From positions 124,001-188,000 of the forward strand of contig JAQGDQ010000226.1 in the NCBI GenBank assembly GCA_030141605.1: a stretch of DNA of 64,000 nt, given 5' to 3'. Under the pieces are notes generated by a model. The model was not told where the DNA came from and did no database searches. It was given only the letters and a program-made list of their open reading frames with translations. This document shows positions 38,937 to 51,753 of this stretch, piece after piece (the stretch's first letter is position 1; each line of letters starts with the position of its first letter). The translations under genes and the position numbers were made by a program. This DNA comes from Tubiluchus corallicola. Taxonomy: Eukaryota; Animalia; Priapulida.

Positions 38937-40761
38937 TATATAATCTTCTGCATGAAAGTCCAACTTCCTCTTTCTTCTAGACATTTTTTGTGGCAAGTGA
39001 ATTGTGTGAGAGATACATTTGTTGACTGAGGGTAATCCATTACTGATTTCCACAACACGATAGACGATAATCGCAGATTAACTGAGCAAAAATCTTTCTG
39101 TTTTCTGTTTTTCTGTCACGTGCGTTGACCTTCTCTAACCAATCAGACATCTACAGGCGACGGGTCAAGTCATTAATGGTAACAACAATGTGCTTTTGAT
39201 TACGAATTCAAGCTCTGTCGAGCCAGCTTAATAAATTATTGAGTAACTGTTGGAAAACCTATAAATTTATTTATTGGACAAGTTGTTCTGTTGGGCAAAA
39301 TGGGCAGAGAAATCCCCTGGCTATTTCTCTGTCCCGAGAAGCAGTGGCGGCTCGTGGTTAAAATTAGTGGGGGTGCTCGGCTGCTCCAGAAAATGCTTAC
39401 GATTGTTTTTATACTGTAAAACATGTAATTTTAATGTTGTAGTTATATTTGAAGATCAGGTGTTGAACGACCTCTTTTCTTAACTGCAACTTTCTCATGC
39501 AGAGACAACTGTGAAAAATTAAGCTGTTGTAGTCACAGAACTTATTTCTTCAGGATGCGAGGCGTCCATTATTAAATAATTTATGTTTTAAGCACACGCG
39601 TTAAGTTTAGATTTTATCACATCACGAAACGCCAGGCCAGGCCACACCACACCACACCACACCATGCCAAGTCATATCACACAACGTCACACCACACCAC
39701 ACTGCATTAGCATTTCACCAAGTTACAACATTTGACGTCACACTACTGTACAGTAAATACACTAACACTGCACTTCACCACGTAATGGGCCTATTACGTG
39801 ACAATAAACTGAGGTAGGTGCACTTTATTGTTGCACACTCTATTACAATAGACCCTGCACTATGACATACTGGATTTCTTTTCACTACACTAAATTACAT
39901 CAATCTACATTGCACTACATTATATAACACTACAGTAAAGTACGCTGCACATACACGCACATAACATACATGCCAAATAACACTGGCTAAAACTTCCCAA
40001 CGGTATAGCTTTAACGCAATTATAGTATGATGAATTGCGCAATTTTTTTATTTTTGTGCATTAAATTGATTGTAATTGTGCGTTTGTAGTCTATCTCTTA
40101 TTTTTGAATTTCTAGTTGCACTTATAGTTTGGCTTGCACCAGAAGCATTTGCCCAGAACGGTTTATGTTTTTATTTGAACTAACGCTGATTGTCTGTCTA
40201 CTTTATTACGATGGTCAATGTTTTTAAAAAGGCAAATTAAGATCAAGCTACTACAACTAATTCTTATACCATGAGGCGAGGAGCAAAGTGGAGCATCTTA
40301 CGACTATTTTGCTACTTTTAATTGCGATCTTATTAATCACTTCATTCTACCTTGCAATTTTCTACTTAATTATAGTACACGTGCTTCCGCACCGGCATTA
40401 TGTAAAAGCGTATGTAAATTTTGGGTTAACTGGCGGCCCCTGCAGGCCAAGTCTCGCCAATAATTACAGGTCGTGAAGGAAAAACTCGATTTTAGTGACA
40501 AAAGTGGTGATGGCACTGCAATCAGTCATCATTAAAAGAGATTCGACGGTTGGCTGACTTCGGATAAGTTCAATGGACGGTTGATAACAATATTTTTGCG
40601 GGCAGTATCTGATCAAAATCCTCTCCGGCAAAGAACGGTAGCATTCTTGAGAGAAAACCGGATTATTATCTGTGTTTGTTGTCAGTGAAAAAGCATAAAA
40701 AGTCTTTTGAGTTAAGTGCACATTTAGTTGACGTTTCTTTTTTCTCGCCGATTGCTGTTTT

Positions 40762-41024
40762 GCGATGTATGGCAACAGGTAGACAATTAAACCAGCGACG
40801 AAAATCATTTCTTTCTCTGTCGTGCATTCGTTAAGCTGTGACAAGCTACAACCAGCAAAATTAGGAAGATACAAGATGGAAATGAACAACTACTTCGATG
40901 TATGGCAACAGGTAGACAATTAAACTAGCGATGAAAAACATTTCTTTCTCTGTCGTGTATTCGTTAAGCTGTGGCAAGCTACAACCAGGAAAATTAGGAA
41001 GATACAAGATGGAAATGAACAGCT
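40762..41024. repeat. Tandem duplication of ~132 bp just upstream of the sulfotransferase ATG
   Basis: cgatgtatggcaacaggtagacaattaaac...aagatggaaatgaaca is present twice. Confidence 0.92.
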
Positions 41025-41143
41025 AATTTAAATAGAAATGTAATATGAATTAGTGTAGTCAAAAAACAATGACAGGCCTACTGAACAAAGTGAAAAAACA
41101 TAAAATTTGCAAACTTTGTATTAGCTGATGGTAAATTTAAGCT

Positions 41144-42241
41144 ATGTTAGCCGGCTTAGAAAAGCTTGTGCTTAGTCGACGGCATTGGACCGTCTTCGTT
41201 GGTTTATGTTGTATGTCAGTTTTAGCTCAGCTGACAGCATTAATACGTGGCAATGTTGGTGTAGTTAATCACTTGCGAGTTGAGCTTCGTAGAGCTAGTG
41301 CTAGCATTGAAGACGTTATTGTTAACAACACTAAAACTTTTGATAACGATGATAGTGCCAACATTGAAGACGTTATTGTGAACAGTACTAAAACTTTTGA
41401 TAACGATGATGAAGTGAAATTTGTCATCGACAAATCTGCCAGGCAAGACACGTGTCGTAACGGAACAGAGAAGCGTCTACCCAGCTGCCTAATCATCGGT
41501 TTCCCTAAATGTGGAACGGCAGCCCTTCTGAAGATGCTGAATCTACATCCCGGAATTGCCGTGCGTGATTGGTGGCCGATGGAGATGAATTATTTCAACA
41601 ACAAGAACGAAAGACCATTAGAGTGGTACAGGGGTGTGATGCCCTGTTCTACGCCTGATCAAATCACCATTGAGAAAAGTCCCAAATATATTCTGAGTAA
41701 GAATACACCTGAACGCGTGAAAGCCAAATTTCCACACATGAAACTGATTGTGATCGTTCGCGAACCCTTCAACCGAACTGTGTCCGATTTTCTGGAACAC
41801 CGCTACAATAGAACGTTTGCACGCTTGGTGACGGACGTCCGAACCGGACTAGTAGACACGAATTCGAAGTTTGTCAGTCGAAGTATTTACGTACACCACA
41901 TTGCCAGATGGCTTCGCGTCTTTCCTAGAAGACAATTACTGGTGGTTTCTGGCGAACAGCTGGTCACCGATCCAGTTTTCGTGATGAGAACTGTGGAAAC
42001 CTTTTTAAAGCTGCCACACTTAATCCCCGCTAGTGCGTTTGTTTTCAATAAAACTAAAGGATTTTATTGCTATTATGAAAGAACAGACGAGGGGTACAAA
42101 AACCAGGCGACATGTTTGGGGCGGGACAAAGGGCGTGACCATCCGAAAGTTCCACCAGAGTTGGAAGCTCAGCTAAGAAACATATTTCGAGAACCAAATA
42201 AAATGCTTTACAAGTTAATAGGTAAAAATTTCAACTGGTAA
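41144..42241 (+). CDS. HS3ST: Heparan sulfate glucosamine 3-O-sulfotransferase-like (HS3ST1/5-like), single coding exon, type II membrane protein
   Basis: 365-aa ORF with an N-terminal signal anchor, RLPSCLIIGFPKCGTAAL (5'-PSB), EMNYF, QITIEKSPKY, IVREPFNRTVSDF (3'-PB), FNKTKGFYC and CLGRDKGRDHP. Confidence 0.93.
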   Translation: MLAGLEKLVLSRRHWTVFVGLCCMSVLAQLTALIRGNVGVVNHLRVELRRASASIEDVIVNNTKTFDNDDSANIEDVIVNSTKTFDNDDEVKFVIDKSARQDTCRNGTEKRLPSCLIIGFPKCGTAALLKMLNLHPGIAVRDWWPMEMNYFNNKNERPLEWYRGVMPCSTPDQITIEKSPKYILSKNTPERVKAKFPHMKLIVIVREPFNRTVSDFLEHRYNRTFARLVTDVRTGLVDTNSKFVSRSIYVHHIARWLRVFPRRQLLVVSGEQLVTDPVFVMRTVETFLKLPHLIPASAFVFNKTKGFYCYYERTDEGYKNQATCLGRDKGRDHPKVPPELEAQLRNIFREPNKMLYKLIGKNFNW

Positions 42242-43049
42242 AGGGATAAAAGCAGGCTGAAGTCACAGAAATATTGTTTATTTAGAAAATATGTTAGTAG
42301 CAAATAGTCTTCTATTTATTAAATTATTACATCTCTGAGTGTAAGAGAGAGATCATTTAATGCACTTCTATTTTAGTTTCTCATGTTTCAAATTTACCAT
42401 TAATCTGGGCAGCATCAAGACAAGATTTTCTTCCTGGTGCTGTCCAGAGGCATACCAGTAGCTTCAATAAAAATTTTATATTAATATTTTCTCTGTCAAA
42501 ATTTGTGTTAATTTAATGCTTTCCGTGTAAATTATCATTGTAAATTTGTATACTGATGGTAAATTTAGCAATAAATTCTAAATGGTAATGTAGCAAAATT
42601 AGTTTAAATTGTGAACTGCCACTAATACTCGAAGTTGCTGGAACATGATATTTCTCAAAACTTTCCTACGATGTTTAGTTAAACATTTGAAGCAACAATA
42701 CTTGAATAATAAATTGTTTTTAAAGTGCCACTAAAATTGAAATTTTTTGAGCATTAATAATATCGATTTTTTTGGATCATAATTAGTACTGAAATTGCTT
42801 TGGTTGTCCAGTTGATATACAATTAATATGTATGAAATTTAAGTATTTTCTATTTAGTGATTATTGACAAGCTGAAAACGGCGTTTGGTTAGCAAACTAC
42901 TCTACAATTTATAACATTCGATCAACGTTTAACAAGCAGTGGTGTGGCAGTTATCACTTCATAACTTTGGGTGAGTCAGTGAGCATGCTGCACTGGTCCG
43001 CCTTCGGGGCTCCAACTCCTGATTTGGAAGGTTTACTCCTCTACGTATG

Positions 43050-43452
43050 GTACACAAGAAAACCCTTCACAAACATAAAGCTTGAAAAATTTGTTTTGAA
43101 ATTTTATATCACTTACATACTGCCTTTTTGCGCGCAAGACTTCAACCAGCAGTCACGCTGTATAAAACAACCAGCAGGGTGCACCACTCACTAACCAAAA
43201 AACGTATTTTTAATCTTATTGACACGATACAGTAATTTTAAATTTTAATTAGTTAGTGACTTGTGCGCTACGAAAGCTCTGATTATTTTTTCAAACTTTA
43301 CAAAATGTTGTCCAAACTTATTTCAAATGACCTATCGTGAAAATGGCTGCGTCTAACGATCATCACAGGAGTTTAAATTTACATGTTTTATACAGCGTGA
43401 CTGCCGAAGTTTTTTAAGCTTTATGTTTATGAAGAATTCTCTTGTGCTTTAA
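43050..43452. mobile_element. MITE with long imperfect TIRs ending gct|TTAA; related partial copies at 57196-57477 and ~58620-58750
   Basis: cacaagaaaacccttcacaaacataaagctt versus aagctttatgtttatgaagaattctcttgtg; shared core gattattttttcaaactttac...aaaatggctgc. Confidence 0.65.
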
Positions 43453-43796
43453 AGGAACTTTTGCTAAAATTGTTAAGAGCTTGTTAAAATTTAACCTGCT
43501 GCACCAACGCCAGCCCTAATTAGCAACTGAAAAACAGCCGCATTGAAGTATCAAGCACTCAATACGGTAGCCGGTGAAAAAGTCACAATTTTGACCAGGA
43601 AAGAAAGTCAGATAATAAAAAAAATATTAAAGTCAGTCGCAATTTATTTAAGTATCATAAACAATTAAAGTAACAAAACAGAAAATATTTGAAATCACTT
43701 ATTAACTAGCAATACGTGACCTGTACATATTGAAAACATTTTTTACATATGATAACATTACATGCATGTGAAAAACGTTAAACCCTTCGTAAACAC

Positions 43797-43998
43797 AAAT
43801 GTTTGGGCTTTGCGGTGACAAACAAAGTCATCATTTTGCTCAGCATAACTGTTTATTGTTTGTGTACCATTTTCACGTCACATGCCCCTTAGTCATTTAC
43901 TTCATCATATCTGACACTGTGACGCCATTACCCAAAATATTACATTTTATCTGCGCAAAATGATGACTTTGTTTGTCACCGTAAAGCCCAAACAATTT
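43797..43998. repeat. Small palindromic MITE-like hairpin (~50-bp arms)
   Basis: tgtttgggctttgcggtgacaaacaaagtcatcattttgc ... gcaaaatgatgactttgtttgtcaccgtaaagcccaaaca. Confidence 0.85.
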
Positions 43999-45042
43999 TA
44001 TATCGTTGGCATTAAATCGTGAGTTCACAGAAAGACGTCATCACATTAACACATTGAAAATTAAATTCCCGGAAATTGACTAGGATGCAAATATTGAGGC
44101 CAGGTGTCGCCACTTGTAACTGTAAAACGCTATATTAAATTTAACAAACGAAAATCCTTGACACCGCCTCCTTAAATGTATGTTTGACATTTACTATTTA
44201 CTACAAAGAGTTTAACTGAACAAAAATCTTTATGAACTGTGCAATCTAATTTTTACAGTGCTTTTCCTTTAAACTCATCAAGTGTGCTTTCAATCAAGCA
44301 TAATCTGTGAATGGGGCGCTGGAGCTGCCCATCCTTTGTTTTTAGTGTTACGCTTCTCACTAGGCCGTCTCTTGCAACATGTTTTTCCGTTATTCGAGCA
44401 AGAAGCCAACAACTTCTGGGGGTTTCATCCATTATCAGTACAACGTCGCCTATTTCGACATCCTTCTTTTGACGATTCCATTTTGAGCGGATCTGGAGAA
44501 GCGGCAAGTACTCTGTCCAACGTCGCCAAAAGACATCAGCTAAGTATTGGATCTGGCGCCATTTGCGGCGATAGATGTCTGCTGATGTAAACTTTCCAAG
44601 AGGCAGGTTTGTTTCCAAGATTGGCAAGTTACACTTCGCCAACAGCCGTGCCTGTATTTGCCGTTAAAGGCCTACTATTCACAACGTTTTCAACAATACA
44701 GAATAGAGTGTTGAGAGCTTCATCATCAAGAGCTTGTTCATTTGTCACAGAAAGCAAATGCTTCTTGACAATTTTGACCACTGCTTCCCATACTCCTCCC
44801 ATGTGGGGAGCTCGGGGTGGATTATACTCCCACTCGATGTTCTCCTGGAGCAAGTATTTCTGAATTATGTTGTGATTCCACTCTTTCATAGCCTTGGAAA
44901 GTTCCTTGTTAGCACCTATAAAATTAGTGCCACAGTCGGACCCAATTCTGTTAGGTTTGCCGCTTCTGCTACAAAATCTATGGAGTGCTTCAGTGAAGGA
45001 ATCTGTAGACATCGAGAAGAGTACCTCCAAGTGGATGCTTCG

Positions 45043-46584
45043 TGTTATGAATAAATTTCGGAATCATGAATTAAGTGATGAATTAATGCAGTTATCAACT
45101 TCATTAGATTATGTTGATAAAGCAGATAAATTTATTGACAGATTATGGGAACTCACTTAGCTGGTTAACGCACATATTTAATGCGAAGAAAAACTATCGT
45201 CACAGAGTTGTTTGTGTTTACAAGGAATAGAACAGGTGTTCATTTAAGAAAGCGTAGGAGTTGCAGGTGTTTAGTTGAGGTGAAGCGAAGCTTATTTTAT
45301 AACTTTGCGTGGTTAGATAATAAGCCTCATGTAATTTATGTAGAGTTGCCAACTATAATTAAGAAGAAGCGGAAAGCGGTTTTTCCTTGAAAGAGAGTTT
45401 TATAGCCCAAGCGACGCAGGGAACAATCTCTAGGGTTGATGATGTGAAGGACGGAGAAGTCGAATAGCGGTGTTTTCCCATGTAAGAAGCTACGTTATCA
45501 GCCATCTGGATATCATCACTGGCCATAAACCACCAAGCCAAGGATGTAACCTTTGAACTATTGCAACATATTACAGCATTACCGCAAAATTTGCGAAAGC
45601 CATTGTGACATATTGCATCGTTCGCACGAAAGGTTATGAAATCTCCGTTTGGATATATAAGACGATGTCTTGAGGAACAGAGGAGGCTGTGAGTTAGTCA
45701 GAAGTGAGTGGTTGAGAGTGAACCACGTGCCGTCCAGAGAGAGAGGCTACTGGAATTCTGACGGAAGCAAAGACACGTAAGACCAGCGTGGACATCAAAT
45801 CTGCGTACTCAACTATTTGAGCACTGGATCTACGATTAGTCTTGCATCGGAATTGGATTTGACCAATTGAACAGTTGTCACATTGGTAATTCCACCAAGT
45901 TAAGTGATCTTAACATATCGTAACTTGAGAGCAACTCTGCAAGAATTCACAGTGTAATAGACACCTTAAGTGTAATGTACACTTGATTGTAATTGCATAC
46001 TTCACATTGTAATTAGCACCTTAAGTGCGAAGCAAGGAAATAGTTAAGTGAATCGGATTAGTGTCTCTTGGAACTAAATATTATTTGTGAGCGTCGATTG
46101 GCGATTAAGATCGAACATTGTAATATTAGTTAACTAAGAGTAATTGTTGTAAAACAATAAATGATTTCACTTTAACTTAAAGGAATAGTTGGCGTATGCT
46201 TATAGGTGTTTCAGTTTAGCAACCTTAAATTCGGTAAACGATTCTGGAGATTCGCTGTGTACATAACATTAATTTAGTTAACAAGTTCAATTGCGGGAAC
46301 TTAGCTAGTAAGCTTTAGAGATAAAGACTCTAATCACAACGTGGAGTCGTAGAAATAGTCTTGTGGGACAAGATCATAGCCCTATTGACTAATCATAAGC
46401 TCTAGGAGCCAGGTTATAATTAACCTTATAGCAATTTATGTAATAGAATCGAATCACTCTTTAAATAAGTCGTGTGTTTCTTCAAGTCACGTGTTATATG
46501 ATCACGAGAGAGATAATAATCAGAGAGATTAATTATATAAGATAACGGGTACAATAATAGGACTATTAGAAGAAGAACATGATA
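45043..46584 (+). mobile_element. Solo LTR (~1.54 kb, probably Gypsy-type) inserted in the BEL integrase
   Basis: tgttatg...catgata termini, 4-bp TSD ttcg, TATATAA at ~45654 and AATAAA at ~46156; removal restores in-frame LATRSIHLEV. Confidence 0.85.
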
Positions 46585-46920
46585 TTCGTGTGGCTAAACA
46601 AGTAAAGAGTGCCCCATAACGCTTCACCTCGATTCTACCGCGTTTGACCAAAATTGGTCCAAAGCAGTCCACGCCAACCGCAGAGAAGGAGCCTTGTTGA
46701 ACTCTCTCAGGAGGCAAGTTGGCCATCTTTTGTTGCATTGGTTGAGAGTAACGCAGCCTACATTGTCTGCATTCATGGATTACTTTCCGCACCATGACAC
46801 GCATCCCAATTATCCAGAACGCTCTACGGACTGAAGCCATGACATGTTCTCTACCTGTATGTCCATTTGCCTCATGGAAGTGTTTTATGGCAAGCCAAGA
46901 TAGTCTATGATTTGGCATGT

Positions 46921-47327
46921 AGAAACGGATAAAAACGTCAAGGCTCAGACTTTCCTCACACAACCTTGCCATAGAAACCGGTCGTTGGTCCCGTATTGAA
47001 AGAGAGCGAAGACTCTGTTCATGTGGACAAATCCAAACAGAACTGCACGTAATATGTGAATGCCCTGAAACACGTATCTTAAGAAACAATTCCGATTTAA
47101 TATTTGATGATTTAGTGACTTTTTCAGCGGAAATCCCGCTGATATTTGTAATTTTGTACACGATGCTCTAGCCATTTTTGGTCTCTAATTGTTACTACAC
47201 CATACATTGAGTGATCTATGGACTATGATCAGCCTAAATTTCTTAAATGTTGCAACTATCTCGAAACGATTCTTATGACTTTTTGTATATATCTTTGACC
47301 ATGGTCAATAAATAAATAATAATAATA
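46921..47327 (+). mobile_element. RTE-X-like LINE 3' fragment inserted in the BEL element
   Basis: RLRLSSHNLAIETGRWSRIERERRLCSCGQIQTELHVICECP, followed by a 3' UTR and an aataaataaataataataat tail. Confidence 0.88.
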
Positions 47328-50300
47328 GATTTCGTACGGGAACACATCGTCTTATATTCTTTGTTGAAACTTTGTTTCTGTGTGTGTCTGATCAGCTCAT
47401 TCTGATCACTTAAAAAACATTCTGTACATATGATAACATTACATGCATGTAAAAAACGGTGTTTTGTTTAATATCTTAAAGTTATGTTTAGGGTTATTTC
47501 TTTAACCCTGTGACTTTTTCAGTGATGTTTTGTCTGTGACTTTTTCACCTGTTTCTTTTTTACATGGCAGCAAAATCGTTCAATACGTGGCAGCAAGACA
47601 GAAAATAAATCAACTAGGAGTTTATCCTCTGAATTACGGTAACTGGTACGGTATTGCGAGAGATTTAAAATGAAAACAAACTAAAATTCCTTTCAGTGCG
47701 AGTAAAATATACGCATAAAATTGCTATAAAGTAATATAATTTTTTAAGGCGATTTTTCTAAAACCTACTTCAAGTACCCCTTTTCCTGTCCTTTAACAAT
47801 TGAGAAACTGTTTCAACTGTTAGTGGAAACACCTTTGTCAAGTTTGCAGTAAAAATGCTGAAAATGTACAACACTTGACGTAAATTCTAACAACAATGGC
47901 ACAATTGTTTTCGCATTTATTATTTTTTTAACTTGCTGGTTTAAAACTTTTTTAGCTTCGGGCAGATCAAACAAAATAACATTAAATTTTCTCAGTTTGC
48001 ACGTCATTATTTTGATATCTGCACGTCATTATTATTTCAAAGTTCATATTAGCAAATCGAATTATCGAATTAGCAAATCGATAAACTGTTAATAGTAAAT
48101 ATCCCGTAACAGGCGAAGATGGTTAGAATTATAGATACGACAGACAGATTTACAAAGTGAAAAGTCCAATGCGAAAGTGAATGTGCTAACAGTAGAGTGG
48201 CAAGGAGTTGACGAGGGAAGGCATATGCAACGTTCAGATGTTGCAGATGTAAATGTAAGTATCAGTGAGCAGGTTTTCATATATTATTTTTCAGTCTATA
48301 AATACTTAGTCCAAAGTTAGTAGTGCTATCTGTATATTTGTGTATTTGTGCATTTCTGCCTTTTGAGTTGACGTGGAGTTTCCCAATTTTTTTGCTGTTA
48401 CATCATTTCGCGCAAAAAAAACGAATGCACGAGAGATTGTGTTTTTCTCAAATGTGTGACGTTTATTGCCGTAAGTTGAACATCAGCTGCATGGCTTTAA
48501 AAGTTTTTATTAGTTTTATTAGTTTCCATTGTTTTTAGAGGCTTTAGTAACTTGCAGCAAGATTCGACTATAAATCACTCAAAATTAGCTGTTTGCATAC
48601 AAGGACGAAATTGAAGCTGCAATAATCTGGAAGGCAATGAGATCTTTTTAAAAGAAGATATGTCCGTGATTTTTTAATTATGAATCAACACGAAAAAGTG
48701 TTTGGGTTCATTAAAACATATAAACTAAGCGTGGTGGAGAAAAGACATTTTAATTGAAAGTTTGCTGAAAACCATTCAGACATTCTAGTACAAAAACTGA
48801 ATAAAGCAAGAAGGGAAATCGTCTGAAAACAAAGATCACAATTGTAACACAATCACGCAACTACACTGACCCGTCTGCTGTGATATTAGAGGTTATCAAT
48901 TATCAGACCAAGAACCTGTCCAAACTAGTGCTAATGTAAATTTACATTTTAACTTTGTAGAACTTAAGAACAATAATGGTGTAAAGTGTAAGGTACTTAA
49001 GATGTAATTACAGATCTAGAATTAAGTGTGCTCAATCAAAATTTTATAAAACATTTACTTACGAGCGAAATGATATTCCGTTGAACAGGATTTTCAAAAA
49101 AGTAGAACGCGAGAGAATGCTACTGTATGTAACATGCTTCAAATGATAGATTTAGTAAAAGTTGAAATGGTTAGTATAAAGGATAAAATAAAAGCGTCAG
49201 ATCTAACCTGTAAGCAATACTGTCTTAGGAAGAATAATCCTCAATTCTGTCAATGATTCAATTCAATTCAATACAATTTTAATTTATTTATCTCTTTATA
49301 ATAGTACAATAAAATGAATAGATAAATCTAGAACTAGAGAAAGGATAGCGAAAAGACTAAAAGGTCACCTAATCTGCTATCATTTACAGAATATGGATAA
49401 AATGATTTTTAGACACTGGTGGACATTAATGTTATCAGTTTAATTTAGGAAACATTAATAATTCTAAAATTATGACATTTGCTATATAATTAAGTAATCC
49501 AGAGTAAAAAAAGACATGTACTTTGATTAGCGGGCAACAAAATAAGGTCAATCTTAATTAAACTAAAAATAGCATTTAGATTTTATGCGAAACACAGGTC
49601 AAAATTGTTATGAAATGATAAAATTTTCGGGTTAATGATGCAGTTAATCAATCAATCAATTAATCAATTGATATGTATACTATGATTCTTTGCTTTTTAG
49701 AACATTTCAGAATAGCAGCTTCACGTATGAAACTGTCGCCCATCGTTTAAATGTTGATACTGGTAGACAGAGTAGAGTGGCGACTACTTTTGAAAATATC
49801 ATTCGCAGAATGACTGTGATTAGTGCTAGTGGGTATATCTGCACTGCGTTCATACGCAGTTCTATCTTGCTTTTTTGCACCGCCTTATACAGTTAAGTTA
49901 TGCAACAAAGTGTCGAAATGGAGCTTATGATTCAGCTTTGACCGATAGTGCAAGTAACCGTGTGTGGGAAATCACACATCAGTACATATTTTAGTACATA
50001 TCCCAGTACATACCACACATGCACGTCATTATGAGTACAAAGTGTTTTGACATGACTAACAGATCAATAAACTATTAGAGTAAATACCATATAATAAGCG
50101 AAAGCTTTATGGGAAATTCCCATATTGTATACCAGCGTGTATCGTAAGAAGCTTGCACTTACATTGCACATGCTTAAGTGTAATAAGACTCACACCTCGA
50201 TTCTTAATACACACATCATATTTTTATTTCCAAAGATCATAATATGTAAATAGAAGTGACATTCGCATGCATAATACATGTATGCATTTGAAGCAAACAT

Positions 50301-51146
50301 AGAAAAGCAAAAGCCTTTAAAGTGGACGTGGTCATGTTGGATATGTAGTCTCTGAGTAGAACTCGAAGGTGGGATATACAACGTACAAGGATTGCATATT
50401 TAATGTAAGTATCAACCAGCGTTTAGATATTATTTACGAATCAGCGAGACTTAATTGTTATATTAACATTTGGTATATTTTTAATGGGGTTGTGTTTAGG
50501 AATTTTTGTCTTTCGAGTTATTGTGCAGTTTCCCAATTTCTATTTTTTCGTGAAAAAAAATGCCAGATTCTGCAGAAAGGCTTGTGCACAAGAAATCGTT
50601 TTCTGGAATACGTGATGTTTATTCTTGTAACTTGAATTCAGCTGAGGTCTCAAAAATCGTAATCTGTTGTACGCTCATTATTTTCCCAAAAGTTTCCGTC
50701 ATTATTTTCTATTGTTTTTGGCAGGTGTTTCTGCAATAAGTCTGCAATAAGTCAAATGTGCTACAGTCACGTGCACAATGGGATCTTGTCTAAGCAGGAT
50801 ATGCTCAACTTTCTTTAAAGATTCCTCGCCCGGAAGCCCCGAACAAATTAATGCTGACGAAATTAATGGTGCAGGTTTACGTGGTAAATGTGGATTACAA
50901 GGCCCGCCTAGTAAGTAGTATGCATTCATGTTTGGTGTTTATGAACGTAATTAAATAAAACGACGTTGTGTTACAAACAATGACAGTGTAATAAATGTGA
51001 TATTAACAAACATAGTAGTATCAGAAATATTAAGACACATAGTAGCCATAGTTCACATGGCTGCAAATCAATGAATTTATGTTTCTTATCAAAAAAATTT
51101 AAGAATTTCTTATTAAGACATCTTAATTCTTACTTTTTTCTTATAG

Positions 51147-51243
51147 ACTTCACAGTTTTGGTGGCGCTGTACACATTTAACAGTGACCTCGATGAAGATT
51201 TGTCATTTCGAAAAGGAGATCGACTGAAACTAATAGATGACTC
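51147..51243 (+). CDS. Src-family tyrosine kinase, SH3 exon a
   Basis: ttttcttatag|..|gtatgt; encodes (D)FTVLVALYTFNSDLDEDLSFRKGDRLKLIDD(S). Confidence 0.9.
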
Positions 51244-51339
51244 GTATGTATTACAATGTATCCGTACCAGCATATTTATGTGCAAAAGTGAAACTTGAGG
51301 TTTAACGATTACTCAAGAAAAACAGATTGACACATTCCA

Positions 51340-51753
51340 TAGACGTCTTTTTAAGAAAGTTTTAAACTAAAGTAAGATGGCCATGCATAATCAAAAATGA
51401 TTTATACACCAGAACGTAAGGAATTTCTTGGAATTCAAAAATCAAAATCCAAAGATTAAGATGGCTACTACAGCCATCATTAAGATTAAGATGATCTTCT
51501 CAGATAACCAGATAAAGCACCAGTAACAATCGCCTTAAGGAAATCCTTAAAACCTTCCAAAAAACACCTAGCAAACAACTTGGACAGCTAAGATAAATAA
51601 AGATGCTCAACAACTTCAACCAAATTTATCTTTGGGAGTAGAACAACTTACGCTGTTAGCTGCAGTTAGAAGTGGGCGAAATACTCTGATAAATGTTAAT
51701 GTCTCAATGCCTACAATAGCTGGAATGAGATTTTGAAGAAGAAGAAGAAGAAG
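51340..51753 (+). mobile_element. RTE-type LINE 3' remnant
   Basis: Frameshifted RRL..VRWP...QRLRWL...TWTAKINKD...LLAAVRSG, ending in a (GAA)n tail. Confidence 0.7.

Larger units (their letters stand above)
44000..47405 (-). mobile_element. BEL/Pao LTR retrotransposon 3' fragment (integrase, DUF5641-like C-terminus, PPT, start of 3' LTR), disrupted
   Basis: HHCC motif (HEANGH..CRQC), VGVDCFGP, YGALFTCLATR|SIHLEV, SDCGTNF, GGVWE and [18 protein letters not shown]; PPT aaggaggcgg followed by TGT at 44163; frameshift near 44640. The left boundary is approximate. Confidence 0.93.
43564..47572. mobile_element. MULE-like element (second copy) enclosing a nested stack of retroelements
   Basis: cggtagccggtgaaaaagtcaca at the left end; tgtgactttttcacc repeats at the right end. 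Confidence 0.5.

Noticed and set aside
39342-42624. hAT-like end (cagtggcggctcgtg) and a weak inverted match suggesting that the HS3ST gene was captured by a transposon
   Set aside because: Only about 9 of 15 bases match and there is no TSD.
46529-47161. 210-aa ORF as an integrase with a novel N-terminus
   Set aside because: It is a chimera of an antisense LINE fragment, BEL integrase and solo-LTR sequence.
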